From Phoronis australis (lineage: Eukaryota > Animalia > Phoronida), in NCBI GenBank assembly GCA_002633005.1, contig NMRA01000070.1, forward strand, positions 791,872 through 855,871: DNA of 64,000 nt. The letters are read 5' to 3'. How positions within the stretch are numbered: the first letter of the stretch is position 1; each line of letters opens with the position of its first letter. Both the position numbers and the translations under genes were made by a program. Below are positions 40,901 to 52,800 of this stretch, in pieces. A model generated the notes under the pieces. That model was not told the DNA's origin. It worked only from the letters and a program-made list of their open reading frames with translations, and made no database searches.

Positions 40901-43900
40901 GTTGGTGTTTGGACGAAACAAGATTCCTTGAAATGTACCAAAGTGTGGCTCACGACTGAATTGCATGTTCACATTCACTTACATTCCACACCCTCATGCG
41001 ACGCACAAACCGATGCCATTTCTGTGCAATTTTCACGTACTTAGGAAATTTGAAAACAGAGACGCTTTCAGTCAAGTTGCTGGTACTACAGCCTCCACAA
41101 ACGCACTTTTTCATGTCTGAAAAAGGCGGCTCTCCACGGACGTTCCTAACAGCTCCTCAATATCGCACTGGCGCAACGGCGGAGACGTTCTTCCATCCAT
41201 TACTTACAGTCTTGAGAACAGAAAAATAAAAATAATTCTTTTTAATTTATGGCTTGTTTCTTAGCATCTGGTATACTTGGGTTATTAAATCTCTTACGAT
41301 GTATTAAAATTCTCTTTGAAACACCCGATCATGGTGGGAACTCATTGATACACATGTTAATGTTTGCCGCCTCGGTAATGTTGACAAAAAGTTTTCGTTG
41401 TATAATAGTTTACTAACGATCTTTAAAATTAACATCTGTAAGTTCTCTGTTTTTTTACAATGTTAATAACTACAATTATTTCGACGTCGATTTATATAAG
41501 AGTGGTACAGAAAATTGACGAAGAACGTGACACACAATGTTTAATACTCAGAACATAAGCCATTTTTGCATCAGCACAATGGTACCTTGCACTCTGCTAC
41601 AGGCGTTGCATTTTTATGACGCACCCTCCCCCGCCGTTCCTCACAAATTGTCTATACTGGCCAACCCAGCTTCGCGTTTGCCGCCTGTTCAGTGGATCTA
41701 GCTACGCGCCCAATGCGTGCAATTGTCGATGCGTTCAGGTTATGGGACACACTACAAATTTCTGATCAGGTTCATATTAAACTTCCATATAATATGCTTT
41801 GATCACTGTTTACCAACTCGCTGTCAGGAATTGCTTTTAAATGTTCTATTTTTGAATGAGGGCTATCAAAACTTGGAATTTTATAAAAAATCCAAACGTT
41901 GAACCAAACGAAAACGAAATGATAATTTGGAAAACAGTAACAGCATTTTAAGATTGTGTATTGGACATTTTTATCACACAAAATATGACAATTTTGTAGA
42001 TACGGTTTTCTGGCTATGAATGTACCTTTCATGTTTGCTAAATTTAAAGGTTACTAAATGTGGGTGTGTCCTATTAGCAGATACTAGAAACGACTTAGCA
42101 GTTCAAATCTTAAAAATGAAATAATGCTTTGTTAAAACTGTCAGTCTTCCCAAGTTTGGAGCAGATTTGAAAATGTTGCTAAGTCTGTTTAACCCTATCT
42201 AATGCTTTAAGTGATTCATATGTGGGGGAAAGATCGCCTACCTCAAAACACAAATTCGATTCATGAAAAGGTGTATCAGTACCTTGGTTGAAAAGTACTT
42301 TCATCACTCAAGAAAGGTACACATTATGTCTCATGTAAGAACCAGCTTTTGGCATGAAGTTAAAATCAAACTCTACTTGCTTTCTACTTTAATAAAACAT
42401 GAACTCTTATTCTATGGTCTTGTAAATATTTGACTAAATGCGCAGATTTGTGGATAAGGTCCTGCGTAACATTGTTACACTTGTACATACAGCTGTATAC
42501 AGTATTGGTAAGTACGTTGCACCGACCGTTGCAGTCCGATGTTATGTTTCGATGAGCTGAATTACCAACCGCGGCAGATAATATTTGTGTTTCAATTTAA
42601 TATGAAGTTACTAACATAGGTGAACGTGGCCCATTTGCCAGTTGTGGAACTGTCTCAGAAGCTCTCAGTGACCACGCTTTATCTTTTCCCCTCGCCTTAT
42701 AAACAACAACAAAATACCAGTGTCTGCTTTAAATATAATAAAAACACATTCTTAGCAAGCATTCTCCAGGTCCTTAACTAATTTTATAATTAGCAATCAT
42801 AATCCTATCTGTTATATTTCCAATTGCTTCATATGTAACAGTATCTAATTGTGTTCTCAAAATCTCCCGAGCTTATTGGTTTCTGGCGTGTCGGTCGTTT
42901 CAGCGCTAATTCACTTTGTTTTTTTATATCTCATAAGTTTGCATCTTTCTCTTTTGGCTTATTCTACCTTTTTATTAGCGGTCGAAAACCTTTAGAAGGC
43001 TCCCTAATTTAATTCGCAATTATCTAATGATTGAATAACGTCTTTATGTAAAAGTGCTTTTCTCTCTCTTTTCAGGTACGCTAGTTACGCAGATGCGTTG
43101 AGGCGAGGACCGGAGTCATTCAACAATCTGTATTACTACAACTGGCATGCTTACTGCCTGACTACCAAAGGCGGCCAGGAGATACAAGCAAAGTTTCGCG
43201 TAATACCTAGCAGCGGTGAAATGGAATCTGTAGAACGAACTGGTCTCTTGCCACCTGACCACCAAAAAGGAATGAAATTGATAAAGTAAGTTGCTACACG
43301 GTATAGAGTATTTGAAATTACAAAAAAGTGTCAATATCGTCAACTTCCACATCCCAAAACTGAACCAGTTTGTATAAATCGTAAATGTCGATGGTTGAAA
43401 TCAGCTGGTAAGGATATGTCGAGATGTTTGTTGAGGTCGACCAGCTTGTTTCAGGACTTCCGTGACTGGCCTCATGGAAAAAGAAAATGATCAGAACTAT
43501 GTGAGCAAATCAATTCCTTTTACGGCACTATAAACGGAATTACTCGGTTATAGCTTCTTTCACGTCTTTTTAACAACTACGAATCAAGTTATCTGCCGGC
43601 GAAAGACGTCATGTGATAATTAGCAGTGACTTGGAATGCCAGCCAATGGGTCAAATGACTACCTGAGTAAACGCTAGGCCAAATGCAAATGACTGAGTGA
43701 CAAGCAAATTGCACAACGTCCAATCTTCGACCGAACGAGTTCTTTTGAAAGTCATAAATTCCATGTAGTCATAGTCACCATGTATTTCATTTCTGTAAAT
43801 ACAATTTTTCTCCTATTAGTAATCTTGACGTGTGGTGGATAATATTTGATGTGCAATTCGAATGTGATATGTATGGCACTAAATTGTACACTTTCATTGT

Positions 43901-44539
43901 ACGGACTTTCATCCCCGTTTGGGTCCGGTTTTGGTTTATCACCAGTTACATTCTTTTATCAAACGGACGGTAGTGCAGTAATCGATAGCATTAGGAAAGC
44001 ACACAGATGTTTCTAGGAAGATTTTTCAAATTTTGCCGAGAAAACATGTTTTCCTGTCATCTTTTGCCATTGGGGACTGTTTGCGTCATTTCATACCATC
44101 CAAAATATACATACTAGTGTTACATTTCAGCAACCAACAGAGAGACGAAAACGATCAACGTCCGACGGATTATCTACGAAAAGAAATAGTGCACAGAGCC
44201 CGATCAGGCAAGGCATTATACAAAGTGCAAATACAAATTCGCGATTCTCTGGAGTACAGAGCCTTTAACATGAGTGAGTACTGGGACGACAGAGAATATC
44301 CGTGGCGAGACTTGATTGAATTTTCGCTTGACAGTGTTGTAACAGACTTCGCGGAATATTCGCAAACTTGTTTCAATCTCGTTCACATGCCGGCATGCCT
44401 GAGCTTCCCAGAACCCTCCGACGAGCTAGACTTTCGATCACTCGCCCATCTACGCACACAAGTTTATAGGAAGGTGCAAAAGGCCAGAATGCGATCATTT
44501 AAAGATGCCAGCAGTTTTGCTTACTGTCCAGTTGATTGA
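37184..44539 (+). CDS. Stand-alone catalase-related allene oxide synthase / hydroperoxide lyase-like heme protein (6 coding exons, ~403 aa)
   Basis: Exons 37184-37242, 38787-38892, 39614-39743, 39916-40213, 43076-43285 and 44131-44539 are joined by GT-AG introns with matching phases (2,0,1,2,2), 1212 nt in total with no internal stop. The translation is collinear with the coral AOS-LOX N-terminal domain as I recall it: WTNNGYECFREMFG, VTHPYG (Thr + distal His), FFAPNQTFTVTARH, HDDAAVTIKSLAVSF, LDLLCNTG (distal Asn), ALRRGPESFNNLYYY, RDENDQRPTDYLRKE, YKVQIQI, WDDREYPWRDL, LRTQVY (proximal Tyr). AATAAA at 44582. Confidence 0.9.
37931..37998. repeat. (GAT)n microsatellite in intron 1 of the cAOS-like gene
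   Basis: gatgatgat run; the poly-His and poly-Ile ORFs here are by-products. Confidence 0.95.
38787..38892 (+). CDS. cAOS-like gene exon 2
   Basis: ttctag|A TCC GGG... encodes SGLPPIGDWTNNGYECFREMFGEDFFRNALARQFN and ends at donor gtgagt. It resembles the coral cAOS N-terminus (W-x-N-x-G-x-E-x-F-x-E-x-x-G). Confidence 0.8.
39614..39743 (+). CDS. cAOS-like gene exon 3 (distal Thr-His)
   Basis: tttccgtag| DTPSCDTGFRKFKSGCSSISRKLCMAAFFTGKNVTHPYGVLLS-G |gtacgt. Confidence 0.85.
39916..40213 (+). CDS. cAOS-like gene exon 4 (ARH, DD, distal Asn)
   Basis: ttttcag| TGKVITT...ARHSS...DDAAVTIKSLAVSF...LDLLCNTG...KGQPC-R |gtaaat. Confidence 0.9.
42687..43006 (+). mobile_element. 3' fragment of the same LINE family, inside intron 4 of the cAOS-like gene
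   Basis: Aligns with ~6320-6662 (for example ttccaattgcttcatatgtaacagtatctaatt and ttattagcggtc..aacctttagaagg) and ends ~70 bp before the exon 5 acceptor. Confidence 0.9.
43076..43285 (+). CDS. cAOS-like gene exon 5
   Basis: A long polypyrimidine tract and ttcag| precede YASYADALRRGPESFNNLYYYNW...KFRVIP...GLLPPDHQKGMKLI-N, ending at |gtaagt. Confidence 0.9.
44131..44539 (+). CDS. cAOS-like gene terminal exon 6 (proximal Tyr, stop)
   Basis: catttcag| NQQRDENDQRPTDYLRKE...LAHLRTQVYRKVQKARMRSFKDASSFAYCPVD*, followed by AATAAA at 44582-44587. Confidence 0.9.
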
Positions 44540-46339
44540 TATATTACAAGCTTCAGGGTAAAAGACTTTTAAAATGTTTACAATAAAGCCTGCTAACAAT
44601 TTTCCTTGACATTTTCACACAAGTGTATGTAGACGTTCAGGTGTTTTGTAACAAATTCATATATACATGTAATAATGCGCCGCAAATAATTACTGCACTC
44701 CTCATATTTGCGTAATGTTCACCCATTTGGCATACTATAGGTCATTGCCTGGTGCCCGTCCACAGAATGAGGTCATATTCAGTATTTATTTGACTATGTG
44801 TCAAGGACGAAAAGTTGACCAACTGCCTGGTGTCATATTGAAAATCACGCTTGCAATTTTATATACTAAAAAGCGGGCGGGTGTATCAAACATTTTAGAA
44901 TATGAGTATGCTCTCAACACAACACCTTTCAATTCCTATATTATTTGATAGGAATGAAATTGGTTTAAATTTCGTTGAAATTTTAGGGTCTAATTGAGTT
45001 TGTTTAATTAAAAACTTGAATGCACATAATCTTTTTTTTTCATATGGTGTGTAACTTAAAGATTATGAAAACATTAATCTTAATGGGGGAAAAAGAATAA
45101 GTCATACTTTAACCTCAAAAGTTTTTAAGGAAATGATGAAATATTCTGAAAAAGGCTAGGTTTCTGTTTTTTTGTTCATTTTGAGATCATTTGTTATGCA
45201 AATTTCATTTTTAGAATTGTTTTAAAATATTTTGGAACAAAAGAAATGTTTTCACTGAACCATAGTATATCTTGAAGTGTTTTGTCATTTTCAAAGTGGT
45301 TTGGTGTCGATGCCATGTTGTTAACCTAATTGTAAAGGACTCTCCATCTTGTTTTAGGGACACACTTAGCTACGTATTCCCAATATAGTTGTCTAAACTT
45401 GCAATTTTGTGGCCCGAAATTTTTGGGTGCTGTTTGCTGAAAAAAAGGTTATTTTTGAGGCCCTAAAAACTAAATAACTCGAGAGCCGCCTAACCGATTC
45501 AAAAGATTGAAAAAGTTGTATATAAACGGCATGTCTAAATCTACCATTTAAGACTATTCAAGCGTTTCTGATTTAGTATTTTCCTTTGCTCTGACAGTTC
45601 TATTTTGTAAAATATAGTTTCCAAAGGGTGTTTTTGTATTCCTTTATCTGAAATGTACACAACACTTTTATGTAATGTTGTTATATTTTTTCCTGTTTGT
45701 CATTGTAATAATCAATTCCTCTGTATATTTGTGTTGCCAGATTTAACTTAACAATTGTAAAGTAAGGCAGGGAAATCCCAGATCTCTGTTACTAACTCAT
45801 TGGAACTGGGAAAATACAAAAATGAAAAATTTCTATTTTGTTTGTGCTGTGCAATCCTATACCCGTTGAGAAAACACCTATCAAAACCCGAGTCTTCCCC
45901 TTTCATGTTCTGTGATTTCAAATTTTGTGGTATTTTGTTTCAGTTGGTGGTTTTACTTCACGTTATCATATAACTGTTTTTCATCTCCAGGCAAAAATGT
46001 ACATGTAACACTTAAAACTGCATTCCCTTCACTAAGTATAAAGTACAAATACTTAATTTATAAAAAATGTAGGTTATCTCTCCACTACTCAATATTGGAA
46101 ATGATTCTATTGTGGCAAGTGAATATTCATGGTTAGTGCGATACTGAAAATTAGCTCAGTTTTTTGTTTAAAAATCCATAGGAGAGTCCCGTAGGGAGAG
46201 TTCACTTTAACAAAATCACGTTCCTTATAAAACACTTGGATCCACAGTACTTTAAAGAAATTCTACATATTTGTGATATTTACAACCTATCCTTTTTATT
46301 TAGAGGATATTCACACACTGAAAGAGAGAAATAGACATT

Positions 46340-46690
46340 AGGTCTTAATGAGCATGCCCACTTTCATAATCATAAGTATCACTCGTCAAGAAACTGTGGA
46401 GAACACGTCAGTTCAGTCGATGTGGAGATCACGATGTGCTGCGATTGAAAATATTGGAGTCCCTTTTGATTGCATTCAAGAAGTCTGTTTTGAATGAGCA
46501 GCAAACAGGGTCATGCTGCACTTGTTTGCGCTACATTCTTGTTACCCCTCCATTTGTCTGTCTTTACAGAATTTCACACCTGCCGCGTATTTTACTAGCT
46601 TTTACTCTGTGGTGGTATGACTGCATCATTTTATTTCCACTTGAGAATGAAACAAGTTTGCTTCGAAATATCATGTCTCTTGGTCAGTTT
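46340..46690 (+). mobile_element. Penelope-like element 3' relic (GIY-YIG endonuclease C-terminus plus 3' tail)
   Basis: LRLKILESLLIAFKKSVLNEQ matches the PLE endonuclease end (LxIxESLxIxxxKPxLNxQ). Downstream lies cttgagaatga...cttcgaaa, a degenerate hammerhead-like core. Confidence 0.6.
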
Positions 46691-46951
46691 CTTTTCCAAT
46701 CTTCTGTTGAGTGTCAAATTTTGTTCCGAGAATACAAACGGAATGGAATAAAGATTAACAGCAATAAGTGTGGTGTATTGAACCAATTTTGCATAATCAC
46801 AACTATGTTCAGAAGTTGCCTTATGTTACTGCAGACTGCCATGTTATGTTATTCTGACTTACGCGAACGAATACGTGTGTTTCCCGCCTTGTAAATAGAC
46901 TTCCGTGTAGTTCCTGCCCCAGATGTCGCTTCCTCTGACTGTTTATTCTCG

Positions 46952-49564
46952 TGTCGCTTTTTCGAATGTCATTCCACAAAAGTTTATGGTATAGAAACGT
47001 CCAATGTACATACAGTTATTCAACGGAATTTTGGTTGGGCTCGGGGCGATATCGGTACTTGTGTTTCTTGATATAAACTAGTTCATTTGCATTCATTAGT
47101 AAAGTTTTCCCGTGTTATGTCATGTGGATTTAACGTTTTGAACGCTTGCTATTAATGTATGCCCTTTGCCAGCCGTTATTTTGCTGGGCGTTGTCCGGAG
47201 AATTGAATTGTTCTATACATGGTATAGCATTATGTAATGTGTAAATTTGAACATACTAGTTTTTTGTTACATTTCACTGAGTTTACCTACTACTACTACT
47301 ACATATACTGCTGAAAATGAAAGAGTAAAGCCCTAGAGCCTGTTTTGTTTTGCTCCAACACCTTATAATGTACTTTTGGCCTACAATAATAGTGGCAGCT
47401 AGTTTTTGACACTCAGGTTTTGCAAATGGTATGTCAATGTCAATTAGCCTTTGGGTCCTTCACCCTGGAACAAAGCTGTGTGGACTAAGCAAATATTTAT
47501 TGTTAACCATTGTTACACATACGTATTTGTTGGTTAATACTTGTGCTTATGATTATGAGTTGATTCGTACGGTACTGAATTTAAACAAACTTGCAGCAAA
47601 AAATCAGCTGATGCGACTGTATGTGTAAACACGGGAAAATCACTGAAGACGTTTCTGGCGTTAATAACTCATACATGTCTGAATTATCTTGTGACTGTGT
47701 TAAATGAAATGACAGAAAACAATATACGCATTTATTTTTACCAGTCTTAAAAACTTCAAAAAATTAAGTAATTCGACTCACCACTCAACCAAATCTTGAA
47801 ACGAGAGAACGGCCGCACCCTAAACTGAAACCGGAAGTTTTCTATCCCGTCTGTGCAGCGCCCTCTAATCGTTGGTGGTTATGTCTCTTGGTCCGTATCG
47901 CACTCTAAATTAGCAATTTCAAAGGCGTGAAATTAGGTGACACGGAGTTTCAGTGTCGGAGTTACAATATGTTTTTACAAGAAACAATTCGACTAAGCTG
48001 AAAGGCGTGTATGCTCCATCTAATACCAAAAATTTAGACCAATTATGTAGTTTCCAGTGTTGTTGCAAAGTTGATCAATTTGAAAATTTAAGATTAATGA
48101 ACGCGTGCCTAAACCTACACATGTCGATGCATTTGCAGCTCTACATCTAGGATATACCGATGTGACCAAACTTCGAACCGTCATCACAAAAATAGGCCTA
48201 CTTCACTTACCAGGTGAACAAAACAAACACAGTGACGCTGGTATCAAGATATATTTGNTGTCGCTTTTTCGAATGTCATTCCACAAAAGTTTATGGTAAA
48301 GAAACGTCTAATGTACATACAGTTATTCAACGGAATTTTGGTTGGGCTTGGGGCGATATCGGTACTTGTGTTTCTTGATATAAACTAGTTCATTTGCATT
48401 CATTAGTGAAGTTTTCCCGTGTTATGTCATGTGGATTTAACGTTTTGAACGCTTGCTATTAATATATGCCCTTTGGCAGCCGTTATTTTGCTGGGCGTTG
48501 TCCGGAGAATTGAATTGTTATATACATGGTATAGCATCATGTAATGTGAAAGTTTGAACATACTAGTTTTTTGTTACATTTCACTGAGTTTACCTACTAC
48601 TACTACTACATATACTGCTGAAAATGAAAGAGTAAAGCCCTTGAGCCTGTTTTGTTTTGCTCCAACACCTTATAATGAACTTTTGGCCTACAATAATATT
48701 GGCAGCAAGTTTTTGACACTCAGGTTTTGCAAATGGTATGTCAATGTCAATTAGCCTTTGGGTCCTTCACCCTGGAACAAAGCTGTGTGGACTAAGAAAA
48801 TATTTATTGTTAACCATTGTTACACATACGTATTTGTTGGTTAATACTTGTGCTTATGATTATGAGTTGATTCCTACGGTACTGAATTTAAACAAACTTG
48901 CAGCAAAAAATCAGCTGATGCGACTGTATGTGTAAACACGGGAAAATCACTGAAGACGTTTCTGGCGTTAATAACTCATACATGTCTGAATTATCTTGTG
49001 ACTGTGTTAAATGAAATGACAGAAAACAATATACGCACTTATTTTTACCAGTCTTAAAAACTTCAAAAAATTAAGTAATTCGACTCACCACTCAACCAAA
49101 TCTTGAAACGAGAGAACGGCCGCACCCTAAACTGAAACCGGAAGTTTTCTATCCCGTCTGTGCAGCACCCTCTAATCGTTGGTGGTTATGTCTCTTGGTC
49201 CGTATCGCACTCTAAATTAGCAATTTCAAAGGCGTGAAATTAGGTGACACGGAGTTTCAGTGTCGGAGTTACAATATGTTTTTACAAGAAACAATTCGAC
49301 TAAGCTGAAAGGCGTGTATGCTCCATCTAATACCAAAAATTTAGACCAATTATGTAGTTTCCAGTGTTGTTGCAAAGTTGATCAATTTGAAAATTTAAGA
49401 TTAATGAACGCGTGCCTAAACCTACACATGTCGATGCATTTGCAGCTCTACATCTAGGATATACCGATGTGACCAAACTTCGAACCGTCATCACAAAAAT
49501 AGGCCTACTTCACTTACCAGGTGAACAAAACAAACACAGTGACGCTGGTATCAAGATATATTTG
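46952..49564. repeat. Allelic tandem duplication (1306 bp x2) joined by a single N (48258), downstream of the rost stop codon
   Basis: 46952-48257 and 48259-49564 are near-identical, with duplicated ORF-track entries. Confidence 0.92.
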
Positions 49565-49594
49565 ATTCACAAGTGCATCCAACAAGAAACAATC

Positions 49595-49824
49595 TCATAA
49601 ATGTGTTTCAATTGATACCGCATCCGTTGTTTCAACGACTATTTTGCTGCGGCAGCAACATTGGCGAAGAAAAACTCTCATCTTGTAAAGTCCGAAGTTG
49701 ACTAGATGTACCAGAGGTACCGCTACCAATACCAGTACTACGACGTAAACGGCTGTCCAGCTGGGGGCGGCGATCCAATCTAGCACACCATTGTAAATGT
49801 ATGGTTTGTCGCGTGAATTCGTGC
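49595..49824 (-). CDS. rost: rost-like terminal coding exon 5
   Basis: catttttag|TNSRDKPYIYNGVLDWIAAPSW...ETHL*. Confidence 0.9.
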
Positions 49825-52800
49825 CTAAAAATGTTATCGTGTTGTACAGTATAACGGTAGCAATGGCTAAACAATGACACTTAGCCCTAGCGGAGGGGCG
49901 GTGCGATCTCTTAATTCTTAGCTAATTCTTTAAACATTAGATTTTGCATGGAATAAAGCTTACAATATACCGTTCCATAGACCTATTGTATTCATTTTTA
50001 ATTATAGTTATAGGGATGCCGTGCAGAATACAAAAAAAAAACAATTAAACTTTACAGGTGACACATCTTCAGCCTCAGTCCTGAGCATTTAAGTCGCCTA
50101 TATACCAATAAATACCCAAAGGGATACACACAATATGTACTATTCCTGTGACATTCTAGTGCCCTAGTTAAAAACCTCGCAAGAGCTTCCGTGTAATCTA
50201 GAAACAACCCTAGAAGCGAGCATTCACGTGGGAACTTCGTAAAACGGTTGTTAAATTATTGTATCTGGCGCAAACGAAAATAAAATGCATTTCGTCATCA
50301 ATTACTTTTTGGTTAAATACTTTACAAGATCTTAATGAACTAAACACGGTGACTTGCGATGATAAATCTTGGCTCATTGAATGGAAACAATGAATTCTGT
50401 CCTATCCCATAATTCAACATTCTCACCGATCAACCACTATAATGGCCGCTACCTAAATCAGTTCCGTCAGTCAGGTGTCACGGTTGGCTCGACTTGTGGT
50501 TTTTGTAAACGGCAGTTTTCAAAGAAATTTGGAATGTGCGAAGTTCACTGTTCTTTCAAAAGGAAGATGGATTATAATACAATTCCGCTCTGTTACGTTC
50601 ACGTTTCCTTCACAAAAGTCCGCAATGCCAAATTAAAAAAACCTGTCATTAAAACCGCCAGTTCCAAAAAACAAGACTCTTTCGTCTGTTTCCGCTTCCA
50701 CCAAAAGAAACTCTCGAAGACTTCTTTCGTTTTCAATCGGCATAGAAGTAAAAACTTGGTGAGTGGGTTAAATGTTGAAACCTTTTCCCAAATCACGACA
50801 TCAACTTTACGATAGAGGTAATATTGATAAAATGATAAGACATTTGTCTGGAAATTTTTGCCATTTCCGCATTCACTGCAGATTTCTTTCATAAAGCGAC
50901 TTTTCTGTGTTCCTTAGCACCTGGTGGTGTATTTTGGTTGATGTATACCTTGTACACGGAAAGTTTGTTTTATACACAACGCGTGTTCATAGCAGCTGTG
51001 ACGCAATACTAAAACAAAAGTGCGAGGACCATAAATATACGAAGTTGTACTTACCCCCAACATAGGTGTAGATAATACTGAATACAAGATAGATGATGCA
51101 AAATACAACACTGTGAAAGAAGTGATAAACCCTGATCGGTATCGCAGTCACAAATGCGTCAGTGAAAACGTACAGTATCGTTATCCCATGCGTGTGCACG
51201 TCCACAACGTCAAGGGGAACTGTAAAAGCAAGTACTAATAGTCAGACTTTCAGGTTTTCTGAAACAGTAACAGATTAATAATCTTGTTGTAGGACTAAAT
51301 TTCACGCACATGTATTCTGTTAAATGTGTTGCTACTAATCGAAGTCATAACATTTCCTTTAAAAATGCTCACAGTTATTAAAAAAAGGTTTTGAGAGGAA
51401 AAGTACAAGTTCATGTAGATACCGTTGGTACATCCATGATGTTTTAAAAGTTTTGCCAATATGTTTAGAACCGTTCTAAGCGTGTCGGCAAGATTTTAGA
51501 AAATCTTCGCAGGACTGATTTTCAGAAAATCTCGACAAGACTTTCAAAACGATGCTGGCAAGACTTTTGAAATTCTAGGGGAAGTTCTTAGAAATCTAGG
51601 CATGATTTGTAAAAAATCTTGGTGAGGTTTAGGGATAATTTGGACAAGGTTGAGAAACGTTGACATGATTTTCAAAAACACTGACAAGACTTTATTGAAG
51701 TACTTATAATCGTCTTGAAGTGATTTTTCGGCATTTTTGCATTCCATACAATGATGGTTGTATACAGGGTGCCTCAAAAACATACTCGTACAACCTACCT
51801 TGCTCTAAAAGTACGATGCATAATGTATGTGCGTGATCCGTCGCGTCTCTGTATGCACGCGGGCGGCTAACAAACGACACTTTGGAGGACGAACATTTAT
51901 CGCGTAACGCTACTGAAAACTCAATGAATCAAAAAAATTCGAACACAAACTTCTTGCCGAGTCAATTGGTTGAATGGATTAATTATTTTTGCTCACCTCT
52001 TTTCTAATTCAGTAAACAATGCAGTTCCTGTCATTTGCAGTGTGAGTACATTTTCGAGACACACTGTACATAGGTGACAAACTCTATCTTATAGTGAACT
52101 TCAAATTCAGCCAATTGTCCCACTGAAACTCACTGTGCAGCGTGTTCCACGGAGTTCAGTGTAATGCATACCATGAATTCTTACCCGTTTTATTCGGAAA
52201 TAGCAGCACCCAGTAAGCCAAGCCCACAACCAAGGCGAGAACAAATGCCATATTATGAAACACCCAACTCATCTTGAGGTACCAAGGCATCATCACCATC
52301 ACCTCGTCACCTAATATAAAGAGCATTTCCAGAACTTAATTGCATAAACAAAGAACTTTTAAAATTGCATCATAACGAGTAGTTTGACTTCGTGGGCTCG
52401 CCGGGGACTCGAACGAGCCCCCCCCCCTCCATTTGGCGAAGTGGGCAAAAAGGTCCGCCTCAGAGAAACAAAAACTCCGAGAAAATGAGACAGAAGTCCA
52501 CAGGCATTCGGCGCGAATGCACAATTCATAGGTCTGAGCGTAGTACCCTATTTTTTATTTTCTTTGGTCCCCGTTTCTTTTTTTCAGTAAAATTCCACTT
52601 ACTGAAATATTCGAGCCCCTTATATCTTAGACTTGGATCGCACATGAACGGGCAGAAGTCATTGAGTGTAAACTTATTAAAATTCTGTACCTGATGCGTT
52701 CCTTCGTCTCCACGTATAGACAGCGACAGTGGCAGCCTTGATGATGACAAGTATCGTTATCACGAGGTACTGCCAATTTGTGAGGTAGATGAACCATTTT

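Noticed and set aside
46952-49564. Duplicated small ORFs (65 aa, 65 aa, 62-64 aa)
   Set aside because: They are by-products of the N-joined allelic overlap and have no protein motifs.
44540-49590. Downstream PLAT/lipoxygenase exons for the cAOS gene
   Set aside because: None found. The interval holds AT-rich transposon debris (including a TTAA-ended terminus at ~46210), a Penelope relic and sequence downstream of the rost stop.
50381-50815. 144-aa plus-strand ORF
   Set aside because: Antisense within rost intron 4, with no motifs or splice support.
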